NCBI GenBank assembly: GCA_012862495.1
Contig: BLSG01000398.1
Coordinates: 1-51,236 of the forward strand
Direction: 5' to 3'
From: Thraustochytrium aureum
Lineage: Eukaryota
Length of the DNA stretch: 51,236 nucleotides
Part shown: positions 24,601-36,600 of the stretch, in pieces
How the letters are laid out: the number at the start of each line of letters is the position of its first letter
How positions within the stretch are numbered: position 1 is the first letter of the stretch
Notes under the pieces: model-generated
Seen by the model: the letters and a program-made list of their open reading frames with translations, nothing else
Told to the model about the DNA's origin: nothing
Databases searched by the model: none
Program-made: the position numbers and the translations under genes

Positions 24601-27600
24601 TGCCGGAGGCATTGTGATTGCAGTCGGGCGGTCGGCGAGCGGGCGGGCGGGGGACGTGCACGTCAGTGCTGGTCTCACGTCCGGCACTAGTTCCACGGGT
24701 GGGGCTGTCCTCATCTCGAGCGGCAAAAGCACAATGTCGACAAGCGGATCTGTCTCTATTCGCACCGCCGACGGTGGTGCGAACGGAGTCAGCGGATCGC
24801 TTGACCTTTGGACTGGGGATACCACCAAGGGTACTGCTGGGAGCATCCGCATCTTTTCCGGGAAAAGCGCAAGCGATGGTTCAGGTGGCAACATTGCCGT
24901 CTTTGCCGGCGCAGCAAACAATGCGCGAGGCGCTGAGGTATCTATCACCGCAGGTAGTGTCACGGACGGGAGCTGGACTGGTGGGCGCATCCTGATCTCG
25001 TCGGGCAGGTCGGCGACGAGCTCGAGCGGCGAAATAGCCATTCAAACTGCGCAAGTCGGCTCTGGTTCTGGCACTTCAGGTGCGGTCGTGGTGTCAACTG
25101 GTCTTGCTGGCGCTGGGTCTACTGGCGAGATTGCTCTCCTGACTGGTGATTCTAGCAAGGCAGGCACAGCAGGCTCAATCAGGCTCCAAGTTGGCAGCGG
25201 CGGGAGCGTTGGGGCAGGCGGTTCTGTCCAGATCCGAGCTGGATCAGCACTATTCAACGATGGTGGGTCCGTCGTGGTAGAGTCCGGGCCAGGGGCGTCC
25301 GAAAAATCTTCTGGAAGCATTCGCCTCGCCACCCCAGATGCCAGCGCGAATGGTCGGTCTGGAGACATCAGCCTTCGGACAGGCGAAGGAGGCGGTGTGC
25401 TTGGCCCTCAGGGAACGTTTCTATTGCCGTCTCAAGCGCACTTAATGGGCAAGCCGGTTCGATCTCACTTTCCGTTGGAGATGGGCGGCACGCTGGAGGC
25501 GTCAACATTGCAGCAGGCTCGACTGTGGACCAAGGCCATGGCGGCGCTGTTTCGATTCGGGGCGGGGATGCAAGCGCGAAGTCGAAGGACGGCGGAGGCG
25601 GGGCCGTCACGATTCGAGCTGGTGACGACCATGCCAAAGGCAGCGACACTGCAGAGTTGGGCGGCGGAAAGATATCTCTGATTGGCGGTGAGGTTTCCAC
25701 AAGCGGTCGTTCCGGAGGCTCCATTGAACTTCGCTCCGGTGCAAGTGTGAAATCCAGATCAGGATTTGTCACGATTAACACCGCTGATACCCCGCAACAA
25801 TCGGGCGACATCGAGATCGCAACTGGGCAAGGCACCTTCGTTGGAAGTGGCAACCTGAAGTTGAGCACTGGTCAGTCGGCAAGCGGCAGGGCAGGCAACA
25901 TTGAATTGGCAGCAGGTGCGAGCCTGGGGTCCCAACGCGGCGGCAACGTGACGCTTTCAAGCGGCTCGGGGGACATCGTGTCCGGGGGGGTTGTTGCAAT
26001 ATCTTCCGGAACCACGAGCTCCCCCGCCCATTCGTCTGGCGGGGTCTCTGTCGAGTCAGCAGCTAGCCCTGGTCTCAGCGGGGGCGTCACGATTCAGTCA
26101 GGCGGTGCGAAAGCAGGGACAGGGTTGGTGGCTATCCGAAGTGGAAGTGCGTCCCAAGGCGCTGCCGGGGCGCTCTCTCTCCAGGCGGGAGCGTCTGGGA
26201 TCGGGCAAGGCGGCGAGCTCGTGCTGTCAGCTGGCTCTGCAACCGGAACCTCAACAAATAAGGGTATGGGGGGCAACGTCACCGTCGTCTCTGGGTCTTC
26301 CACGGAGGCAGCGACAGGAGCGATTTCCCTGAGCACTCCCCCGTCCGGCAACGCCGCAGGCAGCGGATCGATCTCTCTTTCAACAGGGACCAGTGGGGTC
26401 TCGTTCAGCCCAGATGCCGCAGGAATCAACGGTGGGAGCATCGCCCTCGCCACCGGAATGTCGCAACGAGGGAGCAGTGGCGGCATCGCCATTACCACCG
26501 GAGAAGGGCGCGACCAAGGCGGCTCCATTTCGCTACTTGTTGGCCAAGGAGGCTCGATCGGCGGCGCCATCACGCTCTCTGCTGGGTCAAGCTCGGCGTC
26601 GTCTGGTGGCGGCGTTAACATTGCCGCGGGCCCTGGCTTGGAGCAAGGGGGCACTGTTGTTTTGACTGGCGGGCAGTCTTCGGGATCGCGCGATGGGTCT
26701 GATGGAGGTGGCGTTGTTCTGCGAGGCGGGCACTCGCCCTCGCGCCGCGGAGGCCCCGTTGTGCTCGAGTCTGGGGCAAGCGACGAGGGTGAATCGGGCT
26801 TCGTTAGTATCAAGTCTAGATCAGCGCATGCGAGCTCAGGGTCTCTTGTGCTTGCTACTGGCAACGCGACAGAAGGGACCGCAGGCAGCATTACTTTGGT
26901 ATCGGGTTCAAGCTCCTCAAGCGACCAAAGTGCAGGCGGCATCCGACTCTCTGTTGGCGGCAGCCGGGTCACGGGGGGGGCGGTGGAGATCGTGTCCGGA
27001 CCATCTTCACTATCGACTGGCGGGGTTGTGAAAGTCCTCTCCGGAGCCTCCGAGATGGGCTCGAGCGGTGCGGTGTCGATTGCATCAGGGTACGGCGCTG
27101 AACACTCGGGCGACGTGGAGATTGCAAGTGGTCCTGCGGGCGAGCAAAGCTCTGGCTCGGTCCGCCTCACATCTGGACAGTCTGCTAGCAAGGGTCACGG
27201 AGGGGACATTGTTTTGTCTGTAGGAGCTGGAAGCTCGGGCCGTGGTGGCGCAGTCCGCATCGCTGCTGGTTTGCAGACTTCTGAGTATGGAACCGAAGGT
27301 GGTTCTATTTATATCGCCAGCGGTCATAGCGAACAAGCCTCAAGCGGGTCGATCGAACTCGCCACCGCTCAGGCCGGCCTGGCAGGCGCCTCGGGCTCCA
27401 TCGCCATTGCGACGGGCAGCTCCGCCTCAGGGGCGTCGGGCAATATCACCTTCCAGACCGGTAATGGCACAAACGCCCCCGCTGGTAATGTCGTCCTGGC
27501 CGTCGGCGAAACGGATGGGGGCGTGGGTGGCTCCGTTCTCATTTCTGCTGGTGGGACGTTGGCGAGCGAGGAGTCCACTGCAGGAAACGTAGTTATCACC

Positions 27601-30600
27601 TCTGGCTTCTCGCGCGAGACAACGAGCGGAAACGTTCAGATCGCCTCTGCTCCAGGTGGGACTGAAGGAGCCTCTGGCTCGGTTGAGCTGGGAAGCGGTG
27701 CCGCAATTTCAGGCAGCAGTGGGCGACTTGATTTGACTACAGGTTCAGCAGACTTTGGGGGCACCGGTGCAATCAGGCTGAGCACCGGAGATTCACGGGC
27801 GGGTGGTCGGGCTGGGAGCATCGCAATCGCTGCTGGTGAGACTGCCAGGGGCACTGGTGGTAGTGTCTCGTTGCTTGCGGGGTCAACCGTGGACGAGACA
27901 GCGGCCGGCGGCGCCGTCTCCATTGTATCTGGTGCGACGATGTCGCAGTCTGCTCCGAGCGGGTCACTCTCATTGGCTACTGCTTCATCTCCTGCGTCTG
28001 GATCGATTCGTGTTTCAACGGGGAGTTCCAGTGCTGGAACGAGTGGGGCATTGGAGCTCGCTACCGGGGGCGCACAGGGAGGTAGCGCTGGATCCGTGTT
28101 CCTCTCTGCTGGTCCGACAAACGCCCCACTGTATCCTGGCGGCAATGTTTCCGTTGTCGCTGGCCTGTCCGCTGAGGCAACGGGTGGCTCGGTCTTGATC
28201 CGATCGGGGGTTGGCTCGGCGGCTGCGAGCGGCAGCGTCACGATCTCCACCGCATCTGCGGCGGGCTTGGGCGGGGCGTCTGGCTCGGTGGCAGTCTCTA
28301 CGGGTGACTCTGCTGACGGATCTAGCGGGGCTCTTGTTCTACGGACAGGGTCTGCAAGTTCCTTGACTGGGGCTGCAGGAAACGTGGAAATCCTCCCAGG
28401 TCGAAGCAGTGCCAACAGTGAGGGCGGGTCGTTTATTGTCCGCGCTGGCAGTAACGGGGGCTCCATTCAGCTTTCGACTGGCGCGTCAGAGGTTGCCGGG
28501 TCGAGCGGGAGGTTTGAGGCAAGAACTGGGTTTGCCACTTCGGGCCCCTCCGGGTCTGTGACGCTTGCGAGCGGAGATGCAGCGAGTGGGGCTAGCGGTT
28601 CCGTTTTGGTGCGCTCAGGTGATTCGACTTCCGACCGGTCCGGGGACGTCCTTCTCCGCGTTGGCAGCTCGTTGTCAAGCGAGGGAGGCGACGTTCGCCT
28701 CGAAGCTGGTCTCGGTGCAGCTACTGGCGGTTCTGTAGTCATTTCGAGTGGTGGCGTGCAACAAGCCGGCGTATCTGGGCGACTCGTCATGAGCACAGCC
28801 GCAACGAGCGCGCAGTCTGGTGCGATTCTAATCAGCTCAGGGTCTGCCGCAGCAGGCTCCTCGGGTTCGCTCGCACTCTCCACCGGCTCTAGTCAAGCCT
28901 CCGCCGGAGGCATTCGTCTTGATGTAGGCCCAAGTGCAGGAGCTGGGACCACTGGCGGGTCCATTGAACTCGTGGCGGGACCCTCGGACGAAGGAACAGG
29001 CGGCGCTGTTTCCATTTCTTCCGGTTCAGGGCATTCTCAATCTGGCGCTATACACCTCTCCAGCGGTCTTGCTGCCCAGGGCAGCTCGGGCTCTGTCGAT
29101 ATACGCACAGCAGAGGCATTGAGCGGCTCTTCAGGGAACATTGTTTTGGAAACAGGAGCGGCGGCCGCTGGTGGCTCGATCGTTCTTGCCACGGGGGCCA
29201 CTTCGGTGAACAGCGATGCAGGAAGTGTCAGCGACGGGGCTGTTAGCGTCGGTGCAGGTTCACTTGCACGTAACGACATCACGCTCGCGGTTGGCTCGAC
29301 CGATTCTGAAGTTGGCGGGGGTGTCCGCATCTCCGCTGGTGAGAGCGTGATGCCGGCAATCGGTCGTGGCGGCCGTGTAACCATATCTGGCGGTTCTGGC
29401 TCGCACAGTGGAGGAGATGTCGTTATTTCCCCGGGTGCAACGAGCGGCAGCATCGCGCCCTCCAACGCTACCGTCTCGCTCTCCACTTCTCAGGGCCATG
29501 TTGGCGTTGCAGTGAGAGACAACGGGGAGCTTTTCCTCGCGTCCCAGTTCGGTCAACACATGAGCGTTTCGGCGGGCAACAACCTCAACATCGAAGCGTT
29601 TAACGAAGTCCGCTTCAACGCCGCCGAGAACGGGACTTGGGACACGAAAGTGCGGTTTCAGAATGGAACCTTGTTGTCGCACGTTCCGTTGCACGTTTCT
29701 GGGACCGAGTACTCTTCTGATATCCGAATCAAAGAGAAGATCGTCGACGCCGACCTCAACCTTTTGCTGCATCGTCTGCAAACGATCGAGATCAAGGAGT
29801 ACCAGTACAAAAAGGAATGGCAACGCCTCCGCGAGCACGATGGGTCTCGGGTCCGTGGTGTCATTGCCCAGCAACTGAAAGAAGTGTTCCCCGAGTATGT
29901 CCACATAGAGAGGAAGCTCTCTTACCCCGACAAAGGCCTGGAGTTGGAGAACTTTCACAAGGTGGACAAGGTCTCGCTCATCCTCGACTTGGTTGGCGCT
30001 TTCCAGGAGCACCACAAGCACTTTGAGGTCAAGCGGGCGACGGGGTCTTCGACGCCTTCGGTGGTGGTTCAATCAGCTGCAGCCGCTGGCGAAGGCACCT
30101 CGACTGGGTCTGTTACGATTCGCTCTGGCGGCTTCGAATCAGGGTCAAGCGGGGCTGTTGAGATCGAGACTGGACCCGCTGGGTCTGGATCTGCGGGGAA
30201 CTTGAGCCTTACTGTTGGTTTGGCCACGGGTTCCGCCGCTGCCGGATCCGTTCGCATTCAATCCGGCTCTGCAGAGAATGGTCCGCTTGGGAACATCATT
30301 TTGCAAGCAGGACAACGCCCTGCAGTTGGCGAGGGTGGACATATCGACTTGCTTGCTGGGGAGAACGACGGCAACGTCCTCGTCCGAGCTGGCTCGGCGC
30401 GGGGTAGCGTTACTATTGAGGCCGCCCAGTCTTTTCAGGTCGCTGCCGGCAGCGTCAACGTTGTCTCTACCGTTGGCCGTGAGAACTTTAGCGGACGCAC
30501 CGGCGAGGTGCGCGTTGCCTCAGGAGATGCCCTCGACGCGGACAGCGGAGCGCTGCGCGTCTCGTCAGGTTCGTCGCTTAGCGGCTCCGCGGGTGACGTC

Positions 30601-33600
30601 AGCCTCACGGCTGGGGAGGTCGCATGGCAAGGGCTCCCACGGGGGCTCTGTTAGCGTGCGAGCCGGATTTAGCACCGATGGGCGCGGAGGCAACTTGACC
30701 CTCGCAGCAGGCTCCGGAGTTGTTGATCGAGCCGGAACCGTCGAGATCGCTGCTGGTTCTTCCGTTTCTGCGTTTGGTGGAGATGTGAGCATCAAAGCAG
30801 GGTCCTCTTCAGAACGCGCAAGCGGTTCGGTGGCCATCTCTGCTGGGGCAGGGTTTGGTGGCGGGGTTTCAGTTCGCTCAGCAGATCAAGGCGCGATTGG
30901 CATCGTTTCTGGCGCTGGAGGCGCTGTTCGCGTTGCAACTGCTGATGCAAGCACATCAAGTGGCCCAACTGCGTCATCGGGGCCCGTCTCGATTTCGACC
31001 GGCCGGGCCGACGGTGCGGCCTCATCGGGCGGTCTCGTACTTCGCACTGGGGACGCTGGGAGTGCTGGAGGCATTCGAATTGTTGCAGGCACAAGCAACC
31101 TCGGTTCCAGTGCGGAGCCCGGTGCGTCTTCAATCGAACTTGTTGCACCTGGCTCGGTCTCGATTAAGGACGGAGCAATTACGGTCGGTCAATCAGGCGA
31201 AATCGCTGTAGCGTCGACTGTCGGTGAAGATGTCGTCTTCACCCCAGGGCGTGATATCCGCGTCGATTTCAAGCACGCCGGGTCGGAGTTTGTCGTCGGA
31301 AATGAGAAGAATGCTGTGAATGGCGACGTGACGTTTCGAATCCGCGAGGACGAGGTCATTTCCCACGTCCCTATCCAAGCGACTGCAATCGTCTATCCAT
31401 CCGATCGGCGGATCAAGGAGAACATTGAGCCCGTTGACCGCTCGCGCGTCTACCATCGTCTTCAAGGGATCCAACTTCGCCAGTACCAGTACACCGAGCA
31501 ATGGCGCAGTGTCCGCGGCATGACTGACAACAAGGTCGTCCGAGGAGTTATTGCCCAGGAGCTAGCAGAGACGTTTCCGGAGTACGTCAACATCGTCAAA
31601 AACATGCAGTTCGAAGAGAAGGGCTTCAGCCTGGATGACTTCCATGAGGTGAACAAGCAAGCCATCACGCTCGACCTGGTTTCTGCTCTGCAAACGCAGC
31701 ACTCGCGTTTCACGATTGGGGAGGACTCGCCGTCTCGCAGCGGCCAAGTGGATATTTCCACTGAGGACGCGGGTGCGTATGTCGGAGCCGTGGAAGACGC
31801 TGGGGCGAGCGGCGGCATTGTACTTCGGACCGGACTGGCTGCCCAAGGCTCAAGCGGATCTGTTCGCGTCGAGACCGGGCCAGCGCTTGCCGCAGGTGGG
31901 ATCCACGTCGAGCCTGGAGCCTCTTCTGGGCCAACGCCCGCAGCTGATGTGTCAATCCGCGCTGGCGCTGGCGCTGGCTTTGGAGGCACAGTGAGCGTCT
32001 TCTCAGGCGCTGGGCAGCTACGGTCTGGGCACTTTTCGGCCGGCTCGTCTGACAGTGCAGCTGCAAGCGGGTCAGTTCAGGTAGGCTCCGGAGCAACTGA
32101 AACAGGACCTTCAGGGTCTGTTAGCGTATCCTCTGGTCGCAGCGTTGGCGGTGACGCTGGGGATGTGAGCGTTGAAGCCGGAAGCGCTGGAGGGAAACCC
32201 GGCGACGTGCGCGTTTCCGGGGCGCGTCGCTATCTGACAGTGCTGTCACGGGCGGCGCAGCAGCGCTTGTCTCTGGCGCAAACGCAGCGGGCGGTTCTTC
32301 TGGCGAGGTACTTGTCGCGTCAGCAGCAAGCGCCATATCTGGCCGCGTAGTGTTGAGCAGTGGCCAGGCCGCCACGGGCGAGTCTGGTTCTGTGGCACTA
32401 GTCAGCGGCGATGCCTCTGCTGCATCCGGATCCGTTGTGGTCCGCGCTGGGGTTTCCTCTGCGGGACCAGGCGGCGCTGTTGAGGTCGTCGCGGGCAATG
32501 CGAATGGGCCCGGAGGAGTTGGCGGATCGGCGTCGATCTCCTCAGGCGCGTCTTTGCTTGGTCAAGCAGGGTCCCTTTCCCTTCTCTCCGCCAGTGGCGG
32601 TGGGGGTGGTGACGTTTCTGTGCTCGCTGGCGCTTCTACCACCGCTCCAGCTGGAGGCTCAATTACTGTTGCTGCTGGAGGCGCTGCAGCAGATGGCGCA
32701 TCAGGTGGGGCAGTGAGCATCTCGGCGGGGGCTGGTAGTGCTGGCCACGGCGGGTCGCTCGACCTCTCAGCGGGCTCTGGCCTCTTCGGCAACGGCGGAG
32801 CAGTGCGAATCCGGAGCGGCGATGCAGGTGCAGGCTCGGCGAGCGGTGTCACAATTGCGGCTGGCAACGTTCGCGGAGCTGGTTCGAACAGTGACGAGGC
32901 CTCCGGCGACGGTGCAAGGGCTGGAACGATCCGACTTGTTGCGGGTTCGTCTGAGATTGCAGACGTTTTGGGAGGCGGTATAGACCTCCATGGCGGTTCG
33001 GCTCTTGCCCCAGGCGTTGGCGGCGGCTCTGTTCGGATCCTCAGTGGAGCAGGAACAAGTGGGCCAAGCGGCCACGTATCGATCGCAACCGCAGGCGCCA
33101 CAAGTGACGCCTCGAGTGGATCCGTCGCCCTTGAGACAGGAAGCGCCGAAGACGGCCCCTCCGGAGACATTCACTTGCGCTCAGGCCAAGCGTCTGGAGG
33201 GTCTGTTGGCTCGATTCGGCTCGAAGCTGGAGTCTCAACCGACAGTGCCGTGCCAGGATCGATCGTTCTTAAAGGCGGTTCAGCACTTGGCAAGTCAATG
33301 GCAGGCGGTTCTGTAGATATTCGTTCTGGCGAGGGCGAGTCGCGCGGAGGCGAGGTTCGAATTGTATCCTCGGCCGGCGAAAAGTCTGTTGGCGGGGACG
33401 TCGTCATCGGCGTGCAATCGTCTGCCTCTTCTGGAAATGAAGGGCAGGCTGGTGCGGTGCGCATTTCGGCGGGGTCTGACGCAGGTGTTGCTCGTGGTGG
33501 AAACGTCATGATTGCGGCTGGGAACACGATGGGCAAGGGAGGCGCTGGGGGCGACGTGTCAATCCGAGCTGGCGCGTCGTCGACAGAAGCGCCCGGCGGC

Positions 33601-36600
33601 TCGCTATTGTTGGAGTCTGGCGAGAGCGATGCTGGGGAGGGTGGGGCGCTCTTTCTGTCGACGCCCCTCTCACGTGAATCCGCCTCCGGTCCGCTTTCTA
33701 TTCGAACTGGATCAGCAATAGCTGGTTCTGGACAAGTCGATATCGAAAGCGGCAAGAGCGAGGGCACCAGCGGAGATATTCGGATTAGTTCTGGGGCTTC
33801 GCGTTCTCGCGCTGGCGCTGTTGCCATCTCTGCCGGAGAATCGTTGGGTTCGTTCGGTGGCGATGTCTCTGTTTCCAGTGGAGCAGGTGTCTTGGGGTCT
33901 GGGTCGCTTGGAATTCGGACTGGATCATCTGCTTCTGGGCTTTCTGGGGCGCTCTCCATCGCAACAGGGGACACCGGAAAAGGGGCGTCTGGTAGTGTCC
34001 AAATTGGCACCGGAAACGCGCCCGGATCTGCTGCTGGAAGCGGCTTGGTGACGCTCTCGACCGGTGATTCGGATGCAGGCGACGCTGGCGATCTGTCGCT
34101 TCGGGGCGGTGCGTCGAAGAAATCCACGGGCGGCTCCATCCTGTTGGAGAGCGGCACAGGTCTGCAGGGCGGGCAGGTCCGCCTCACTGCTGCTGGAGGA
34201 GCATCTGGTGGGAATTTCGCGCTGGAAGCAGGAGCGAGCCTTGGCAAGGCAGACTCTGGAGGCAACGGTCCAAAATCCGTGCAGGGAGAGGACAGGTCTC
34301 CCGGGGCGGTAGTATCGCGGTTGAAGCTGGTGCGTCTGGGTCGCACAGTGGCGGTACGCTCGAACTGCGTGGCGGCGTTGCCGAATCTTCCTCGCAAGGT
34401 TCTGGCGGAAGCGTAAATATTGTGTCGGGATCGCACGCTGGTGGCGCCGCGTCTGGCGCGCTTTCACTGCTTTCGGGGGACTCCACCCTGGCAAAGAGCG
34501 GCGACATCGTCGTTGGCACTGGGAAAGGCGCTGGCGGCTCCGGCTCGCTACGGTTGTCAACCGGCAGCGTCGCGCTGCCTGGCGCGACGCCAGGCCCTGT
34601 CTCAATTCGCGCGGGTTCGAGTTCTGGCGCCGGAGCGACTGGTGGCGAGGTTACTCTTGCTGCTGGAGGCGCTGGCGGTAAGGGCTCGGCAGGTGGAAGT
34701 CTCCGGCTCTCGGCGGGTGTGGCTTCTGCGGATGGGGCTGGAGGGTCAACAGAGATAGCTGCTGGCGATGCATCTTCTGGGCGCGGAGGGAGAACGCAGA
34801 TTCGTGCTGGAAGCAGTGCGGAGAGTGTTGGTGGAGACATCGCTCTTTCAGGCGGAATGGGTGCCACGATGGGTGGCACTGTACGTCTCGAAGGCGGCTC
34901 GAGCCGTCGTGGCCCTGGCGGGAACGTTGATATTGTCTCGGGTCAAAGCGAGTTGAAGGCTTCTTTTCTGGAGCGCTGCGGCTGGAAAGTGGTGCAGCTG
35001 ACGGCGGTTCTTCAGGCAATGTTTGGTTGGGTTCTGGCTTGGCTTCTCTTTCCTCAGGCACCGTTTCGCTCTCAAGCGGAGCGGTTCCCAAAGGGCGCGC
35101 AGGCGATATTTTTGTCAGCCCTGGTGCGTCTGGGACGAAGGATGGGGCAAGCACGTACGTCAACGGGGGCGCAAACTCGGTTGGCGTTGGCGGATCCGTT
35201 GTCATTCGCTCTGGTACCGGTCCGCAGGAAGGTGGGTCCGTTGTCGTATCCTCCGGCGCAGCAAGTCAAGGTCGCTCAGGGGAGGCAGTCTTCCTCTCCG
35301 CAGATTCGCTGAGCGGTCGGTCGGGCCCTGTTCGTATTGCCAGTGGCCAGACAAGCGTGGCCGGCTCTTCTGGAAACGTTGTTGTGGAGTCTGGAGCTTC
35401 CGACTTTCAGGCTGGAAGTGTCGAGGTTAAAGCTGGGCAAACTGCGAGTCTCACAGCTCCTGCGGGCCGCGTCACCGTTCGCGGCGGCGGTGGGGGCTCG
35501 TCTGGCGGCGACGTGCACGTTCTCGCAGGAACTTCAACACAGCTCGGTGGAAGCCTCGCCCTTCGAGGCGGCGAAGCGTCCCTGGGCGTAGGCGGGCGCG
35601 TCGAAATTTCCGCTGGCTCCGGGCCCCAGGGGGGTGGATCAATCGCGATGAGCGCTGGGCCTGCGTCAAGCGGTACAGCCGGTCATGTGGAAGTCGTTGG
35701 CGGGGCCGGTAGTGCAGACGCTCTTGCTGGCCGCGTCGAAATCACTGGCGGGTCTTCACAGGATGGCGCGACCGGGGGTAGCGTTATGATTCGCTCGGGC
35801 TCAAGCAAGGCTGGGTCCTCTGGTGTGGTTTCCGTGGGTACCGCGACCGCTGCACGTGGAAGCAGTGGCCACGTTCAGGTATCCACAGGCAATGCGTTAG
35901 CAGCGCCAACAGGCGACGTTTCGATTTCAACCGGGTCAAGTGGGAAGGGCAAAGCAGGTGATATCGTTTTGACGGCAGGCGCTTCGTCGAAAAGCGAGAC
36001 TGGACTCGGTGCCGCGGTGAGGTTAAACGGAGGTCGGTCCACGGACAACGCCCCTGGTGGCGAGGTTGTCCTTCAAGCAGGAGGCAATCTTGCGACTGGC
36101 CTAGGCGGCACAGTTCATGTTCTATCTGGTGCAAGCGAACAAGGCGTAAGTGGCGCTGTTCGACTCGCGAGCTCGCAGGGCGGGATCAGTTCCGGGCCGG
36201 TAGAAATTGGCACGGGATTTTCAACCTTTGGTGCATCCGGCAAAGTCGCGGTTCGCACTGGGGATGCGAAAGCGGGAAGGTCTGGCGAAATCTCGATTCA
36301 AGTCGGCGATGCCGCTGCGGGGACCGCCGGTCGCATCTCGATCGAGGGCGGCCGATCCAACCTCGGTGAGGGCGGCCGCGTCCGAATCGCCACCGGGACG
36401 AGCGCGTCTGGTCCGAGTGGGTCCTTAGAAATNNNNNNNNNNNNNNNNNNNNNNNNNNNNNNNNNNNNNNNNNNNNNNNNNNNNNNNNNNNNNNNNNNNN
36501 NNNNNNNNNNNNNNNNNNNNNNNNNNNNNNNNNNNNNNNNNNNNNNNNNNNNNNNNNNNNNNNNNNNNNNNNNNNNNNNNNNNNNNNNNNNNNNNNNNNN

